Positions 12,687 through 26,392 of a stretch of DNA of 64,000 nucleotides are shown here, one piece after another; position 1 is the first letter of the stretch; each line of letters opens with the position of its first letter. The notes beneath the pieces are model-generated. The model saw only the letters and a program-made list of their open reading frames with translations, was not told where the DNA came from and did not search any database. The position numbers were made by a program, and so were the translations under genes. The stretch is from Octopus vulgaris (lineage: Eukaryota), in NCBI GenBank assembly GCA_951406725.2, contig OX597835.1, forward strand, positions 24,924,001 to 24,988,000, given 5' to 3'.

Positions 12687-12894
12687 CATACATACATACA
12701 TAACATACATACATACATACCCAAACACACATATACTCACGCACATTTACATACTCGTACGCATGCGCACATGCACATGTATACACACATTCGCTCAAAC
12801 AACGACACACTCAGACAAGAAAGTAATATTTCGAACGCATTTCGAAAGATTGAGTATGTTACCGTTATAAGATAGGAAAAGTTGCCAGCAGACA

Positions 12895-12961
12895 GCCACG
12901 GGACACGAACCCGTAACCGTCAAATATCAGCTGAGTAGTCTATCATTAAGTTAAACGACCC
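12895..12961 (-). mobile_element. Decayed tRNA-derived head
   Basis: Minus strand gggtcgtttaacttaatgatagac...acgggttcgtgtcccgt with A/B-box-like spacing. Confidence 0.4.
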
Positions 12962-13279
12962 ACTGAAACAAACTCCGACAAATTAAATACTAAATATTAT
13001 AGCTTTTGGGATGCAACATTTTGCAAACAAACTTTGGTATATATATGCGTTTAGTATTTAACTGGCGATAAAAAAGAGTGCTCAATACCATTGTAGAGAT
13101 TAAAATAGATTTTAGTCGAGTCAGTATCTTGTTGCTCGATAATAATTTTGTGTAGTGTTAACTGTGCAGATCATCGGTTCTCATCCGTCATACGTTTGTC
13201 TTATTTGAAATTCTCAAAGGATGAAATTGGACGTATTGGACTTGAAATTAACACCTATTTTTAATTAAGATTGTAGGTC

Positions 13280-13408
13280 CTAGTCCCTGGATGCGATGAC
13301 AGTGACATCGTCCGCATACGCTGTGACTGACTTCCCATACCCTAAATATTGCAGGTCTCCACTCGTCGCCTCCAATATTCGCAGTAGTGGCTCGACAGCC
13401 AATACATA
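13280..13408 (-). pseudogene. L1/Tx1-clade reverse transcriptase fragment
   Basis: Minus frame YVLAVEPLLRILEATSGDLQYLGYGKSVTAYADDVTVIASRD (not in the ORF track): L1-type LA.EPL and YADD motifs. Confidence 0.85.
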
Positions 13409-13435
13409 TCTTCCCACAACAATTTCCTTTCACAA

Positions 13436-13798
13436 ATCGGATTTCGAAAGCTATTCACGAAAAGTTGCACATATACCGACAACAATATTTCTGTTTTTGA
13501 GTTATGTGATATATGTCTCACAGAGAAATTCTACATTCTCCATGATAATATCCCAGTCTAAAATAAATGGAATGAGTGAATTTCGATTTGCTGATATATC
13601 CCAAAATTTTACCGTAATAATTTCGAAGAAGGCTTTCTTTCTTTGCCGCCAACTAATAATTTAAAGCACTAACACCACCAAAAAGAGCGTTATTAATTTC
13701 AGCCTTGCACAGTGGATAGTCAACTGACCAAGCAAGACCACTGTTCGGACTGTATTTTTCTCACGTACATTGACATAAGGCTCTACATATTCTCTCCA

Positions 13799-13829
<31 letters not shown>

Positions 13830-13962
13830 AATTTACCTACTTCTCTATCTGTTATATCACTGTCTGTCTCTCACTATTGCCTTAGGATTTGCCACGTTCA
13901 TCAACGCTATCATCTCTTTCCTCCTTTCTTTCTCCCTCTCTCTCTCTCCACTTTCTACCCGC

Positions 13963-14022
<60 letters not shown>

Positions 14023-14218
14023 ATCTATTTAATGTATTTATATCTCTTTCATTATCCATCTGACCATTTTTAATCTGATAAAGACGGAGCCAGAGACAAA
14101 CAAAGAGAGAGACGGGGAGTAAAAGAAAGAGAAGGAGATACATTAAGGGAGAATAAGCCACAAATAGAGAAAACAAATAAACAAACAAACAACGAGAAGG
14201 TAAGAAAAGGAAGGTTAA
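13436..14218 (+). repeat. Local duplication, copy 1 (~780 bp)
   Basis: atcggatttcgaaagc...gaaggttaa repeated at 14738-15498. Confidence 0.95.
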
Positions 14219-14681
14219 CGAAAAGCAGAAAGGAGACGCGCTTCTCGTCACATAAAATATGTGCGCAATGTGACAAGATAAATTAAAATATACAATTAAT
14301 TACAATTATGAACCTCCGACTAACACTCCTTTTAAACTTTCTATATTTCTATTTTCTCCCACTGCTACCCTTTTGCAAATTTCTCTTTCTCTTTCTTTTT
14401 CTTCTGCTACTCCTCGTTTTCAACTTTCTTCGTTTCCTCAAGAGTTTCTTTTGGTTAGAATCAGATTTAGCTTCTCTTTTTTTTTTTTTGTCTTTTTTTT
14501 TTTTCTATTTAAAAAAATAAAAATAATGTTTAACAAAGTTTTCCCGTGACATGTCGAATAATAATATACGTATGACTTCGTGAGAATTCGCATTGTAGTT
14601 TCTGAAATAAAAGACCAACAGACGTGTGCTTGCATTCGCGCGCGCACACACAAACACACATACACAAATACACAGACAAAC

Positions 14682-14737
<56 letters not shown>

Positions 14738-14741
<4 letters not shown>

Positions 14742-15100
14742 GATTTCGAAAGCTATTCACGAAAAGTTGCACATATACCGACAACAATATTTCTGTTTTT
14801 GAGTTATGTGATATATGTCTCACAGAGAAATTCTACATTCTCCATGATAATATCCCAGTCTAAAATAAATGGAATGAGTGAATTTCGATTTGCTGATATA
14901 TCCCAAAATTTTACCGTAATAATTTCGAAGAAGGCTTTCTTTCTTTGCCGCCAACTAATAATTTAAAGCACTAACACCACCAAAAAGAGCGTTATTAATT
15001 TCAGCCTTGCACAGTGGATAGTCAACTGACCAAGCAAGACCACTGTTCGGACTGCATTTTTCTCACGTACATTGACATAAGGCTCTACATATTCTCTCCA

Positions 15101-15131
<31 letters not shown>

Positions 15132-15264
15132 AATTTACCTACTTCTCTATCTGTTATATCACTGTCTGTCTCTCACTATTGCCTTAGGATTTGCCACGTT
15201 CATCAACGCTATCATCTCTTTCCTCCTTTCTTTCTCCCTCTCTCTCTCTCCACTTTCTACCCGC

Positions 15265-15302
<38 letters not shown>

Positions 15303-15498
15303 ATCTATTTAATGTATTTATATCTCTTTCATTATCCATCTGACCATTTTTAATCTGATAAAGACGGAGCCAGAGACAAACAAAGAGAGAGACGGGGAGT
15401 AAAAGAAAGAGAAGGAGATACATTAAGGGAGAATAAGCCACAAATAGAGAAAACAAATAAACAAACAAACAACGAGAAGGTAAGAAAAGGAAGGTTAA
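14738..15498 (+). repeat. Local duplication, copy 2
   Basis: Near identical to 13436-14218 apart from CT-tract lengths and one T/C difference noticed. Confidence 0.95.
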
Positions 15499-15506
15499 TT
15501 ACAAGG

Positions 15507-15542
<36 letters not shown>

Positions 15543-15585
15543 AGGAGAGACAGCAGAAACACAGATAGATAGATAGATAGATAGC

Positions 15586-15636
<51 letters not shown>

Positions 15637-15682
15637 GTAGACAGACAGACATATAGACAGATAGACAGGCAGACAGACAGGC

Positions 15683-15805
<123 letters not shown>

Positions 15806-16174
15806 CTGGCTTTTAAGTTAGTATATAGCTTTTAAGCAACTGACCCCAAATGGGAAGATCTGCAGACAGATCTCTGACTTGTTTTGGAGAATTTGTTGCA
15901 ATTGCTTCCTCCAGATCATATTCGTCGCAAAAATAAATCATGTAAAGAAAATCGCCGAAAACAATCGCAGTAATGAAAACATAGGAGTAAAAAAATTTGT
16001 CTCAAAAAGTCACGTAAAAAAATCGCCAAATACTATCACAGTAACGAAAACTTGGGAATCCCAAATTTCAGGATTGTGAGTCTGGATTCGACCCGGAATG
16101 TTTTTTTAATTTACTCATGGAGTGAGCCTGATACTAAAACAGTATGATATGTTGGGCTACGGCCTCTAGGAATA

Positions 16175-16335
16175 AAGTGGTATTTCGCTTGCCGTTAGGT
16201 TTTGAGTTCGAATTCCGCCGAGGTCGACTTTGCCTTTCTTCCTTTCGAGGTCGATAAAATTACGTACTGGGGGTCTATGTAATCGACTTAATCCCTTCCC
16301 CCAAAATTTGAGGCCTTGTGCTTCCAGTAGAAAGA
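16175..16335 (+). mobile_element. SINE family B, partial
   Basis: gagttcgaattccgccgaggtcgactttgcctttcttcctttcgaggtcgataaa. Confidence 0.85.
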
Positions 16336-16448
16336 ACTTATTAAAGTTGAAAAAGTGTGTCATACTGACATTCACATTTATTATGGTAGATATGTTTAAT
16401 TTTGGGGAAACTTTATTTCAATTAAAGTGTATTTTACATATATGTGTG

Positions 16449-16511
<63 letters not shown>

Positions 16512-16665
16512 GGCTGGCCGGATCGGAGCGATCTCAAGATTAATCAGCCGAAATTGCTAGGATGATCCGGTTCTTGACTGAAGATTGAAGGCTTCGAATG
16601 TCCCGTCCGTGTTTTTTGTATCGTCTTCTAAATGTTTTACGTTCTTGTCCCAGTTTGTATTTTTC

Positions 16666-16743
<78 letters not shown>

Positions 16744-17216
16744 TATGTGTGTATGTATGTATGTGTGTGTATGTGTGTATGTGTGTATGTATGTATGTAT
16801 GTATGTATGTATGTATGTATTAAAAAAAGCAAAAACAAACAAAAATGATAGTGGTCAGTATGTTGGCGACAGGAATTTCTGTCAAAAAGACATGGTTAAA
16901 CATGGTTAAAGTTGTACATCATCTCCCTCTTTCTCTCACATACCCACTTTTTCTCTCTCTTTTATTATTACTCCCACTACTACCATCAACACTACTTTTA
17001 ATAAAACATCATTTCTCCCTCAATTTCTTTGTCTCTCTCTCTCTCCCTTTCTCTCTCTCCCTGTCTTCGCCCCTGCCCTCACCATCTCTGTGCTACTATT
17101 ACTTTCACTCCATCATGAGTAATAGTAGGAGTGTCATTGAATAGTGAGGAGGGTCTGAGTGTGACACACTGACACACAGAAATTAGTTTTCGCATTTATA
17201 TTAGATAGATAGATAG

Positions 17217-17273
<57 letters not shown>

Positions 17274-18953
17274 TGGGGTAGCATATATGTTGTGTGTGTG
17301 TACGTGCATGCATATGTGTATGTGCGCATGTGTGTGTGCGTGCGTGCATGGATATAGCAGTATATAATATGATCCTGGGTATACAAAGAGACAGAATGTC
17401 ATTGACCGGAACGGTTTCTTCATAAATCATAGTGAGATCAACAACAACAACAAGTACCAGTAATTCAGGTTGGGAATTTTATTTAACAACACCTTCATCC
17501 TATGCCTATAAAGCTGCATTCTTCAATCCAGTGTTTGGCTTTATATATGTATTTTTGTTTTGTTATGGTTATTTCTTTGTTTCTGATTTTAAATTCCTAA
17601 ACATTTTAAACCTCAAACAGCCATGTTTGAATTGTCAAGCTGTCACGATGGTGGCGGCGGCGGTGGCAGTGGTGGTTGTGGTGGTGGTATTGGTGACAGC
17701 GGTGGTGGTAGCGGGAGTGGCAGCAATTGTAGGAGCGGCGGCGATGGTGGTGGTGGTAGTGGTTGAGGAAGGGATAAGTTTAAGAAAGGGTGAAAGAGGC
17801 ATGGAAAGAAAGTAGGAGACAGAGAGAGGGAGTATTTAATATAGAGAAAATGTCAGAGAGAAAATAGAGGAGTGGAAAGAGTAGTGAGAGAAACACGTAC
17901 AAAATGTAGGCGTAGGGGAGAGAGAGAGGTATAAGAAATATAAAGAGAATAAAAAAGAGAGACGAAGAGAGAGAGAGATATGAGGTGGGCGAAGGAGAAA
18001 GAGAAATGAAAGCGAGAGAGGAAGAATGAGACTCAAAGACAAAGCGAGATCCTTTCTACGTATGTTACCAACCTTCAAGTGGCTTCAAATATTTGGCTAC
18101 AGTTCTTTGGAGAAACTGCTGCTGTTTGACACGAGGTCAGATGTCACCTAAAACCGAGGTCATTTGACCGTGACTGGGTGCTTCTTTTTAATTAGATTTT
18201 TTACTTATTTGGCCCCTTCTAACCTTCTACTTCACACAAATAAACTGACCCTCCTTTCATCTCATGTTGATTTTTCTAAAACTAATGTTGTTCATTTTTT
18301 TTCTTTTTGTCTTACTTTGAAAAAAGGGTCAAAGTGTTTTTGTGTTTGTATGCATACGCAGGTGTGAGAGAGGGAGAGTTTGTGAGAGAGTGTGTGTAGA
18401 GTGTATGTCTATGTGAGAGAGTGTGTGTGTGAGCGAGTGTGAGAGAGAGGGAGAGTAGTATGTGAGAGAGTGTGTGTATGTGTAGAGAGAGAGAGTGTGT
18501 GTAGAGAGAGTGTGTGTGCGAGAGAGAGGGAGAGTATGTGAGAGAGAGTGTGACTGTGTGAGACACAGATGTGTGTGCGCGCGTGTGAGAGAGAGAGTGT
18601 GTGTGTGTGTGTACGTGTCATAGAGACGGGGAGTGTGTGTGTGTGTGTGTGCACACGTGTATGTGCGTGGGAGAGAGAGAGAGAGAGAGCGTGTGTTTGT
18701 ACGTGCGCGTTGAGGGGATGAAAAGCGAAATTTGATAGATTTAACGGTTTCAAATTTTAGTACAAGGCCAGCATTTTTGAGGAGATAAGCGAGATAAACG
18801 TCGCGATGGATCTTTGTCCGGCATGTTAACGATTCTGCCTGCTTGCCACCTGTTTCAAATTTAGGCACAAGGCCTGAAATTTGGAGGAGGGGACTAGTCG
18901 ATTACATCAACACAGTGCTCAGCTAATACCTATTAAATCGATCACGATGAGTG

Positions 18954-19033
<80 letters not shown>

Positions 19034-19110
19034 TAGAAACTAACGTGCGGAAAGAGTACTCACTCCTTACATAACATAGAGTAAATAACGATTAAAAACT
19101 GATACTACAT

Positions 19111-19601
19111 GAGTGGTTCTCAGCCGGGGTGCACATGACTCTCGGGAGTCGAAGATCCATCACTGACGAGACCAAGGAAGGTCGAAATCACGTAACCTGG
19201 TGGTACCAGCGCTTTAGCTGGCAGGGATTTCTCTCCCCTGCTAGCAATATAAATAAGAATGCATTTTGCACCAAAAGACAACATGAGAAAGTTTCTCTCG
19301 AGGTAAATACCGCAGTATAGTTTATTCTAACACGACATTCACGTTTAGGTGAGGATAAATATTACCTGTCGGTTTTAATTCTACCTCTGTCGCTAATACA
19401 TATTTGTTGTTGAACTTTATGAGCTATAAGTCTACAATACACAAAATATTTTAGCAATTTTTTATGCAGTTCTTAGTAATATTTGATTATGACAAATATA
19501 ATAGGATTTTTTAAAACACGAATGGCTATAGACATCCATCCAAGTAAAATGGGTTTCAAAGGAGCCCATAGACAAAAAAAAAAATAGTTGAAAAATCACT
19601 G
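19111..19601. mobile_element. hAT (Charlie-like) non-autonomous element
   Basis: Ends gagtggttctcagcc / agttgaaaaatcactg resemble CAGTGGTTCTCAACC TIRs; flanking 8-mers tactacat / ctttacat are a partial TSD. Confidence 0.65.
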
Positions 19602-19687
19602 CTTTACATAGTTGCTACTCCGAGTCATGCGTTTCCGCTATTCGCCACCTACCTACTTTTGTCATACATGAGACATGTAGAGAGAGG

Positions 19688-19757
<70 letters not shown>

Positions 19758-20879
19758 CATTTATGTAGGTAGGTGTACCGACTATATTGAGGAGGGAGAC
19801 ATTATGTATAGGGAAGACTTCAATAGCAGAGAATGCTTTATTGTGAGTGAATGGAGCTAAGAAGAATACAAATGCACGCCTGATTAGACAGTAAGTTACT
19901 GGTATTTCAGTACATTCGGTCCAAATAGTTTCATTGTGTCCTTAAAACTGGAAAGTAAAGAAATAAGTCAAGTTCATTGGTTTGATTTTCTTCGGTAGTT
20001 CTCGTCTGTTTCCGGACGTTTTCGAACGCCTTTCCTTTTCCTTTTTTTTAAAATTATCTACGCCATTTTATTTTCTCTTTATTTTCCTTTCTCTCTTTCG
20101 CATGTTTGAAATAACAATAACAGCAACAACAACAATAAACTCGAAGAGAAATACAAAAATTTATGTGATCTTCGCTTAATTTATCATCTCTATCTTTCTA
20201 TTTTCTTTCGCTTAGCCTCTCTCTTACTTTCTCTATCTTTCTTTCTCTCTCTCTCTTATTTTCTCTCTCTTTCTCATTTTTCTCTCGCTTAGCCTGTCTT
20301 TCTTTCTCTTTCTCACTATATCTGCCTGTTTCTCCCTTTCTCTCTCCCTCTTTCTTTCTCTCGCTCAACCTCTCTTTCTCCCCCTCTCTCTCTCTGTTCC
20401 TTTATCAAGTAACAACGAGAGCTGGTATTGCATGCAAAGAAGTGACAACGCAAACATATTACACAAAATTATATATATAACTATACATACACACACAAAC
20501 ACACATACACGCGTGCATTACTACATAAAAAAGATATACAAACGAAGGGAAAGGCAGTTCACTTGCACCGATACATCTTAACGCTAGGTGTCGTTGAAGT
20601 CGTAGTTCTCAGAATGCAAAGACGGGGAACAAATACTGAAAGACGTTCCGTCCGACTTTCTGACGATTCCACCAATTTACTGTCTATATTTTATCGATCC
20701 CAAAAGGATGAAAAGCAAAATTGATCTCGGTATGGTTTGAACTCAGAGTGCAGAAGATCAGGACAAATAACATGAGGTATACTGACTCGCTTACGACTCT
20801 AACAATTTATTAAATTAATTAAATCTATTTAATTAGTCACTCATAGGAGTAGTTCCGTTGCTCTTTTAGAAAGTGTCCT

Positions 20880-21045
20880 GACGGTGTATCCGTGTGATAA
20901 GAAGCTTACTTCCCAATCACATGGTCCGGGGTTCAGTCCCATTGCGTGGCACCTTGGGCAAGTGTCTTCTATAATACCCTCAGGACGATCAAAGCTTTAT
21001 GAGTGGATTTGGGAGGCGGAAACTGAAAGAAGTCCGTCATGTATG
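20880..21045 (+). mobile_element. SINE family A, 5' half
   Basis: ggttcagtcccattgcgtggcaccttgggcaagtgtcttct...ggaaactgaaagaag. Confidence 0.85.
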
Positions 21046-21084
21046 TGTGTGTTTTGGGTACAAACACAAAGGAACACAGACGCT

Positions 21085-21115
<31 letters not shown>

Positions 21116-21374
21116 ACGCACGCATATATGCATAACGTTTGTGCGACAGATAGACAGACTGATAGACAGATAGGTTGTAGGAAAAATTTGTTTTCGCTCA
21201 AAGGTTACGCTTTGCTAAGAAGCGAGTGCTTGCAGGTCCATAAATGTTTGTCTATGACTATGTTCGTATCCAGATGTACGTTGACTACCAGTTTATGTGC
21301 GTATGTGTATGGGCATGTATATGCTTGTGCGTGTGCGTGTGTGTATGAGCATGTATATGCTTGTGTGTGTGTAT

Positions 21375-21405
<31 letters not shown>

Positions 21406-21799
21406 CTTAACTTGTGTTTCACTGAAATAGTTGCTGAAATACATCTGGATCTAGTTTATTCCTTTGCTAGCCTACTTTTATATTACGCAGCATTAACATA
21501 CATCAAGACACACAGACACACACACACATGCGCGCGAGCGTGTGTGTGTATATATATACATGCTACATGCACTTGTGTGTATGCTAACAAGTATATATAT
21601 ATATATATGAACACACACACACACACACAACATTATTGATATTAATCTTTATTAACACACATCATCGGCATATACTCACACAAGTATATACACATTCGAA
21701 CAGAAAACACACCGACTCGTTTATACACTCTTAGTAGTTTTCTTTTGTTACTGATGTACACACACACGCACGCACACACACATACACACATACATTATC

Positions 21800-21925
21800 G
21801 CGATTCTCTCCGGTTTTGATGTTTGTCTGAGTTATCTATGTCATGTCTCAGCGTTTTCCCGCAGTTTAAGAGACGCAACACTTTCCTCAACGCATGCGCT
21901 GTTCCCAGTATGTCCACCCGCTGTG
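21800..21925 (-). pseudogene. 3' end of an RLE-type (R4/Dong/NeSL-like) non-LTR retrotransposon
   Basis: Minus translation VDILGTAHALRKVL resembles the terminal Q..A.LGTA.ILR.VL motif. Confidence 0.6.
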
Positions 21926-22172
21926 TGTGTGCCTCCGATGGCGTCTTGTGGTTCCGACTACTCAAACCAGGCTCTTTCACGACCATCTGCGTGCGAAGCG
22001 CTCCTCACGAACGCTGGTTCGTGAGATGATCGTGATCTGTAAACAGTTTTGAGTAGGAACCGGAAAAAGAGATATGAACACGTAATGCGCATGTCAAACA
22101 TACGCAAGTCAAACACACACGTACACATCCATCCATCCATCTTTAAACTGTTTCAGCTTTAAAGCTGCGGCA

Positions 22173-22254
<82 letters not shown>

Positions 22255-22444
22255 GTATCTAATACATACTAATACATACACCAAACCTATACATACACAC
22301 GTCCAGACCTCTCATACGCACTAATACTCTCTCATACACACACACACACACACCCTTATGTTGGAGCTGGTCACTCAACCCTATTATCTCCCCTAATTTC
22401 GCTCTCGCGTCTCATGTTTGATCTTTGACTTCTGGCCGAAATCA

Positions 22445-22656
22445 GATCGCCATGTTGATTCGTTAGTTACTGCACGCATTTTTTTTCTCTCCTTCTTTCT
22501 GTGTTTTTTTCTCTCTGTGTATCTTTCTGTTGAAGAGCGTAGGCTCGAAACGTTAAAGACTTGTTTTATTTATATCTCCTGAGCGCCATACTAATACAAT
22601 TGTTTGTTTGTTTTCCACCTGCCTTCGTCTTTTGTCTATTTTCCTAAAGCTTCCCG

Positions 22657-22658
<2 letters not shown>
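22445..22658 (+). mobile_element. Hammerhead-bearing mini-element (CTGTnGA family), ends at (TA)n
   Basis: tcttt CTGTTGA a gagc gtag gctc GAAAcgTT aaaga at 22522-22559; homologous to 22717-22862 and 49040-49222. Confidence 0.72.
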
Positions 22659-22716
<58 letters not shown>

Positions 22717-22720
<4 letters not shown>

Positions 22721-22862
22721 AGAATTTACAACAAAAAAAACAAAAGACGAAGACAAGTGGTGTAGACAACAAACAGATGTATTAGTATAACGCTCGGGAA
22801 GTGAAAAAATCTTTAACGTTTCGAGCCTACGCTCTTCCACAGAAAGGAACACAGAAAAAATA
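22717..22862 (-). mobile_element. Inverted copy of the same mini-element, tail-to-tail across (TA)n
   Basis: Minus strand cttt CTGTGGA a gagcgtaggctc GAAAcgTT aaaga at 22846-22810. Confidence 0.72.
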
Positions 22863-22869
22863 CACAACA

Positions 22870-23010
22870 GGCTTCTTTCAGTTTCCGTCTCTCAAATCCA
22901 CTCACAAAGCTGTGGTCGGCTCGAGGCTATAGTAGAAGACATCTGCCCAACGTGCCACGCAGTGGGACTGAACTTAGAACCATGTGGCTGGGAAGCCACT
23001 CCTGCGCCTA
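22870..23010 (-). mobile_element. SINE family A, 5' half
   Basis: Reverse complement of the family A head. Confidence 0.85.
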
Positions 23011-23571
23011 TATTCAACAATAAAATAAAAATGAAAAGGTGACGTCTTTATACAAATCTGACAGATAGACAGAAATTTGATTATTTACGCGAAACTCTCT
23101 CAAACAAACATTTTAAATCCGTTTTTATACACCCGTCTAATTTGTTGTCTCGTTTTCTTTTATTACCGAAATGACTGGATGTCGGGTGTGAGAGAGGTAA
23201 AATGAAATAACCTTAAATCCAACGCCACCCCGAATCTCACCACCAACCGCCACCGCCACCACTACCGCCACCATAGAAATACTAAATACATCACTGAATA
23301 AACAGACCTATAAATAAAAATACTTCTTTCTATTGTCCCGTTTTCTTAGTCGTAAAATGAAAAGCTTTCCTTCTATTTGTTAAATATACATAACCTCATG
23401 CGGTGACTTTCTGTCTATTCAACAGGCTATATCTATGTATTAAAGAGTAGATTAATCGTATTTGCAGTCACGGTAGATTATATAAGGACGATTATAATCA
23501 TTATTATTATTATTACTATTGTTGTTGTTGTTGTTATTAGTTTTATTATTAATATTATTATTATTATTATT

Positions 23572-23780
23572 TGTGGTGAGCTGGCAGAATCATTAACACG
23601 CCGGACGAAATACTTAACGGCATTTCGTCTGTCCTCACGTTGTGAGTTCAAATGCCGCCGGGGTCGACTTTGCATTTCATCCTTTCCGGGTCGATAAATA
23701 CCAGATACGCACTGGAGTCCATGCTATCGACTCATCCCCTCCTATCAAAATTTCAGACCTTGTGCCTATAGTAGAAAAAA

Positions 23781-23842
<62 letters not shown>

Positions 23843-24095
23843 CATTATCATATCATCATCATCATCATCATCATTATTGTCGTGGTGGTGAACTAGCAGA
23901 ATCGTTAGCACGCCGGATAAAACGCATACCGACATTTCTTTCGTCTGTATGTTCTGAGTTCAAATTCCGCCGAGGTTGACTCCGCCTTTCATCTTCTCGG
24001 GGTCGATAAAATAAGTACAGCTGAGCACTAGTGCCGATATAGTCTACTAGTCCTCCCCACCACTAAATTTCAATCCTTCTGCCTATAGAGAAAGA
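23572..24095 (+). mobile_element. Two tandem SINE family B copies separated by (TTA)n/(TCA)n
   Basis: ggtgagctggcagaatc... at 23575 and ggtgaactagcagaatc... at 23887. Confidence 0.85.
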
Positions 24096-24270
24096 ATCAT
24101 AGTTGCTGTTGTTTGTTGTTGTTGTCGTTACTTTCATTGTTCAAAGATTCTTATATTTAAACGTTTAGTTCTTAAATAGCCCAAAGCTTAAACGTACCTT
24201 AAAATCAGATTAGCCTAAATATCAAACATCCTCTTTAATATTCTGGTTGTTTGTAATAAAATAGTTTCTA

Positions 24271-24650
24271 AGGTGCAGGAGTGGCTGTGTGGTAAGTAAC
24301 TTGCTTAGCAACCACATGGTTCCGGGTTCAGTCCCACTGCGTGACACCCTGGGCAAGTGTCTTCTACTATAGCCTTGGGCCGACCAAAGCCTTGTGAGTG
24401 GATTTGGTAGAAGGAAACTGAAAGAAGCCCGCCGTATACATATGTGTGTGTCTGTTTGTCACCCCCGCCATCGCTTGACAACAGTTGTTGGTGTGTTTAC
24501 GTCCCCGTAACTTAGCGGTTCGGTAAAACGAACCGAGAAAATAAGTACGAGGCTTACAAAGAATGAATGCTGGGGTTGATTTGTTCGACAAAAGGCGGTG
24601 CTCCAGCACGACCGCAATCAAATGACTGAAACAAGTAAAAGAATAAAAGA
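24271..24650 (+). mobile_element. SINE family A, full-length
   Basis: Complete head-to-tail match to the family pattern. Confidence 0.92.
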
Positions 24651-25637
24651 AAAAGGAAGAATACATACATACACACATGCGCACACATACATACACACAC
24701 ATATACACATACATACGCACACACATACATGCGTACATACACAAACATATATAATACGCACATACATGCATATATACACACATACACATACATACGCACG
24801 CACACACATACAAACATAGATACATACACACATACATACATACACATGCACACATAATGCATTAATACTCGGAAGGTTGGGCCTCAACCAAGCCTTTCGC
24901 GACACCCTTAAAGTCAGAAACTTTTCAGCGTCCCGACGTACACACGTACGTACGTACACGCACACACACATACATACATACATACACACATACATACATA
25001 CATGCATACACACACACACACATACATACATACATACACACATACATACATACATACATACATACATACATACATACATACATACATACATACATACATA
25101 CATACATACATACATACATACATACGTGGTGTTTGCTTCAAATGATAACCGTCAGACATTCAACCTGATTGTTCTCTACTTTCATCCTTGCATATGCACG
25201 GATGTGATTTTTCACGCCACGCATCCATCGCCATAGGACTTTATAAGATACAAAACGGATAAAAACAAAATGAGATGATAGCCAGACATCTGTACGTCAT
25301 TGGACTTTAAGTGACATAAGCTTGTACAACACATTTGCCGCTCTCTCGGTTCCCATCGTAGGTTCCAATGACAAGCATTGCAAGATGGCTGGTCCTATTT
25401 TGACTATTTCTCCTAGAAGAACTGCCTTTCCCACGGCTTCGTCGAAAATAACAGGAGCTTCCTCTACCCATGGGAAAACTATTTAACCTATAGATGGGTT
25501 GATATATTTTCGATTTATATTTCTTTCTGTCTCATCTTCTCCGTATGTCCATTGTCTTTGCTCGTCCATTTTCGCGCGTCAGTCAACTGGCTTTAGTCGG
25601 TCCGTCTATCTGTCTGTCTCTATCTCTCTTTCTCTCC

Positions 25638-25717
<80 letters not shown>

Positions 25718-26392
25718 CTCTCTGCCTCTGTATCCCTTCCTTCGCCTGTTTGCCTCTCATATTTTGTAAATAAAACGTTTGAAAATAGAGCTACAAATTA
25801 TCGTATTATAGTATTTCACCGATATTTATTATAATTCGACTGAGTCTGGTAGACACACACACACACAGTGTCGCTAAATTTCCTCCAGCCCTATCCCTTT
25901 ATCGTCCGTCTCTTTACCTCGTTTGTTACCTCCCCCTCCTCCTCCTCCTACTACTACTACTACTACTAATTTCAACCTCCGTACACTTTCATCTTATGCT
26001 TCACTTTCCATCCTCTCACTCCCCCGCACTCTACTTTCAACACGTTCTACACTTACTCCACCTCTCCCTCTTCTCCTGCTTTCACATTAGTCTACACTTC
26101 TCCCTATTCCTTCTACCAATTCTCTCACCCCTCACCTCACTGTTTTCATCCTATTCACTTCCATCTCTTCCTCCTTTACCCTTAATCTGTCTCTATGAGT
26201 CTGTCTGTCTGTCTGTCTGTATGTATGTATGAACGAAAGAATGTTATGTTCTCTTTCTCTTATTATTTCAGAGTAGATTTTGACTGGCCACCACCTCCTT
26301 GGTAGCAAGACTGTGAAGGAAAGTGTCTTCTTTTAACCATCATCCTTTAAATCTTAACAAGGTTTTGCAGATTTTTATGATCCCAGATATAT

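Noticed and set aside
13296-14966. Two ORFs sharing an identical C-terminus (SDFESYSRK...CRQLII)
   Set aside because: Explained by the local duplication; the first ORF's N-terminus is antisense to the RT fragment
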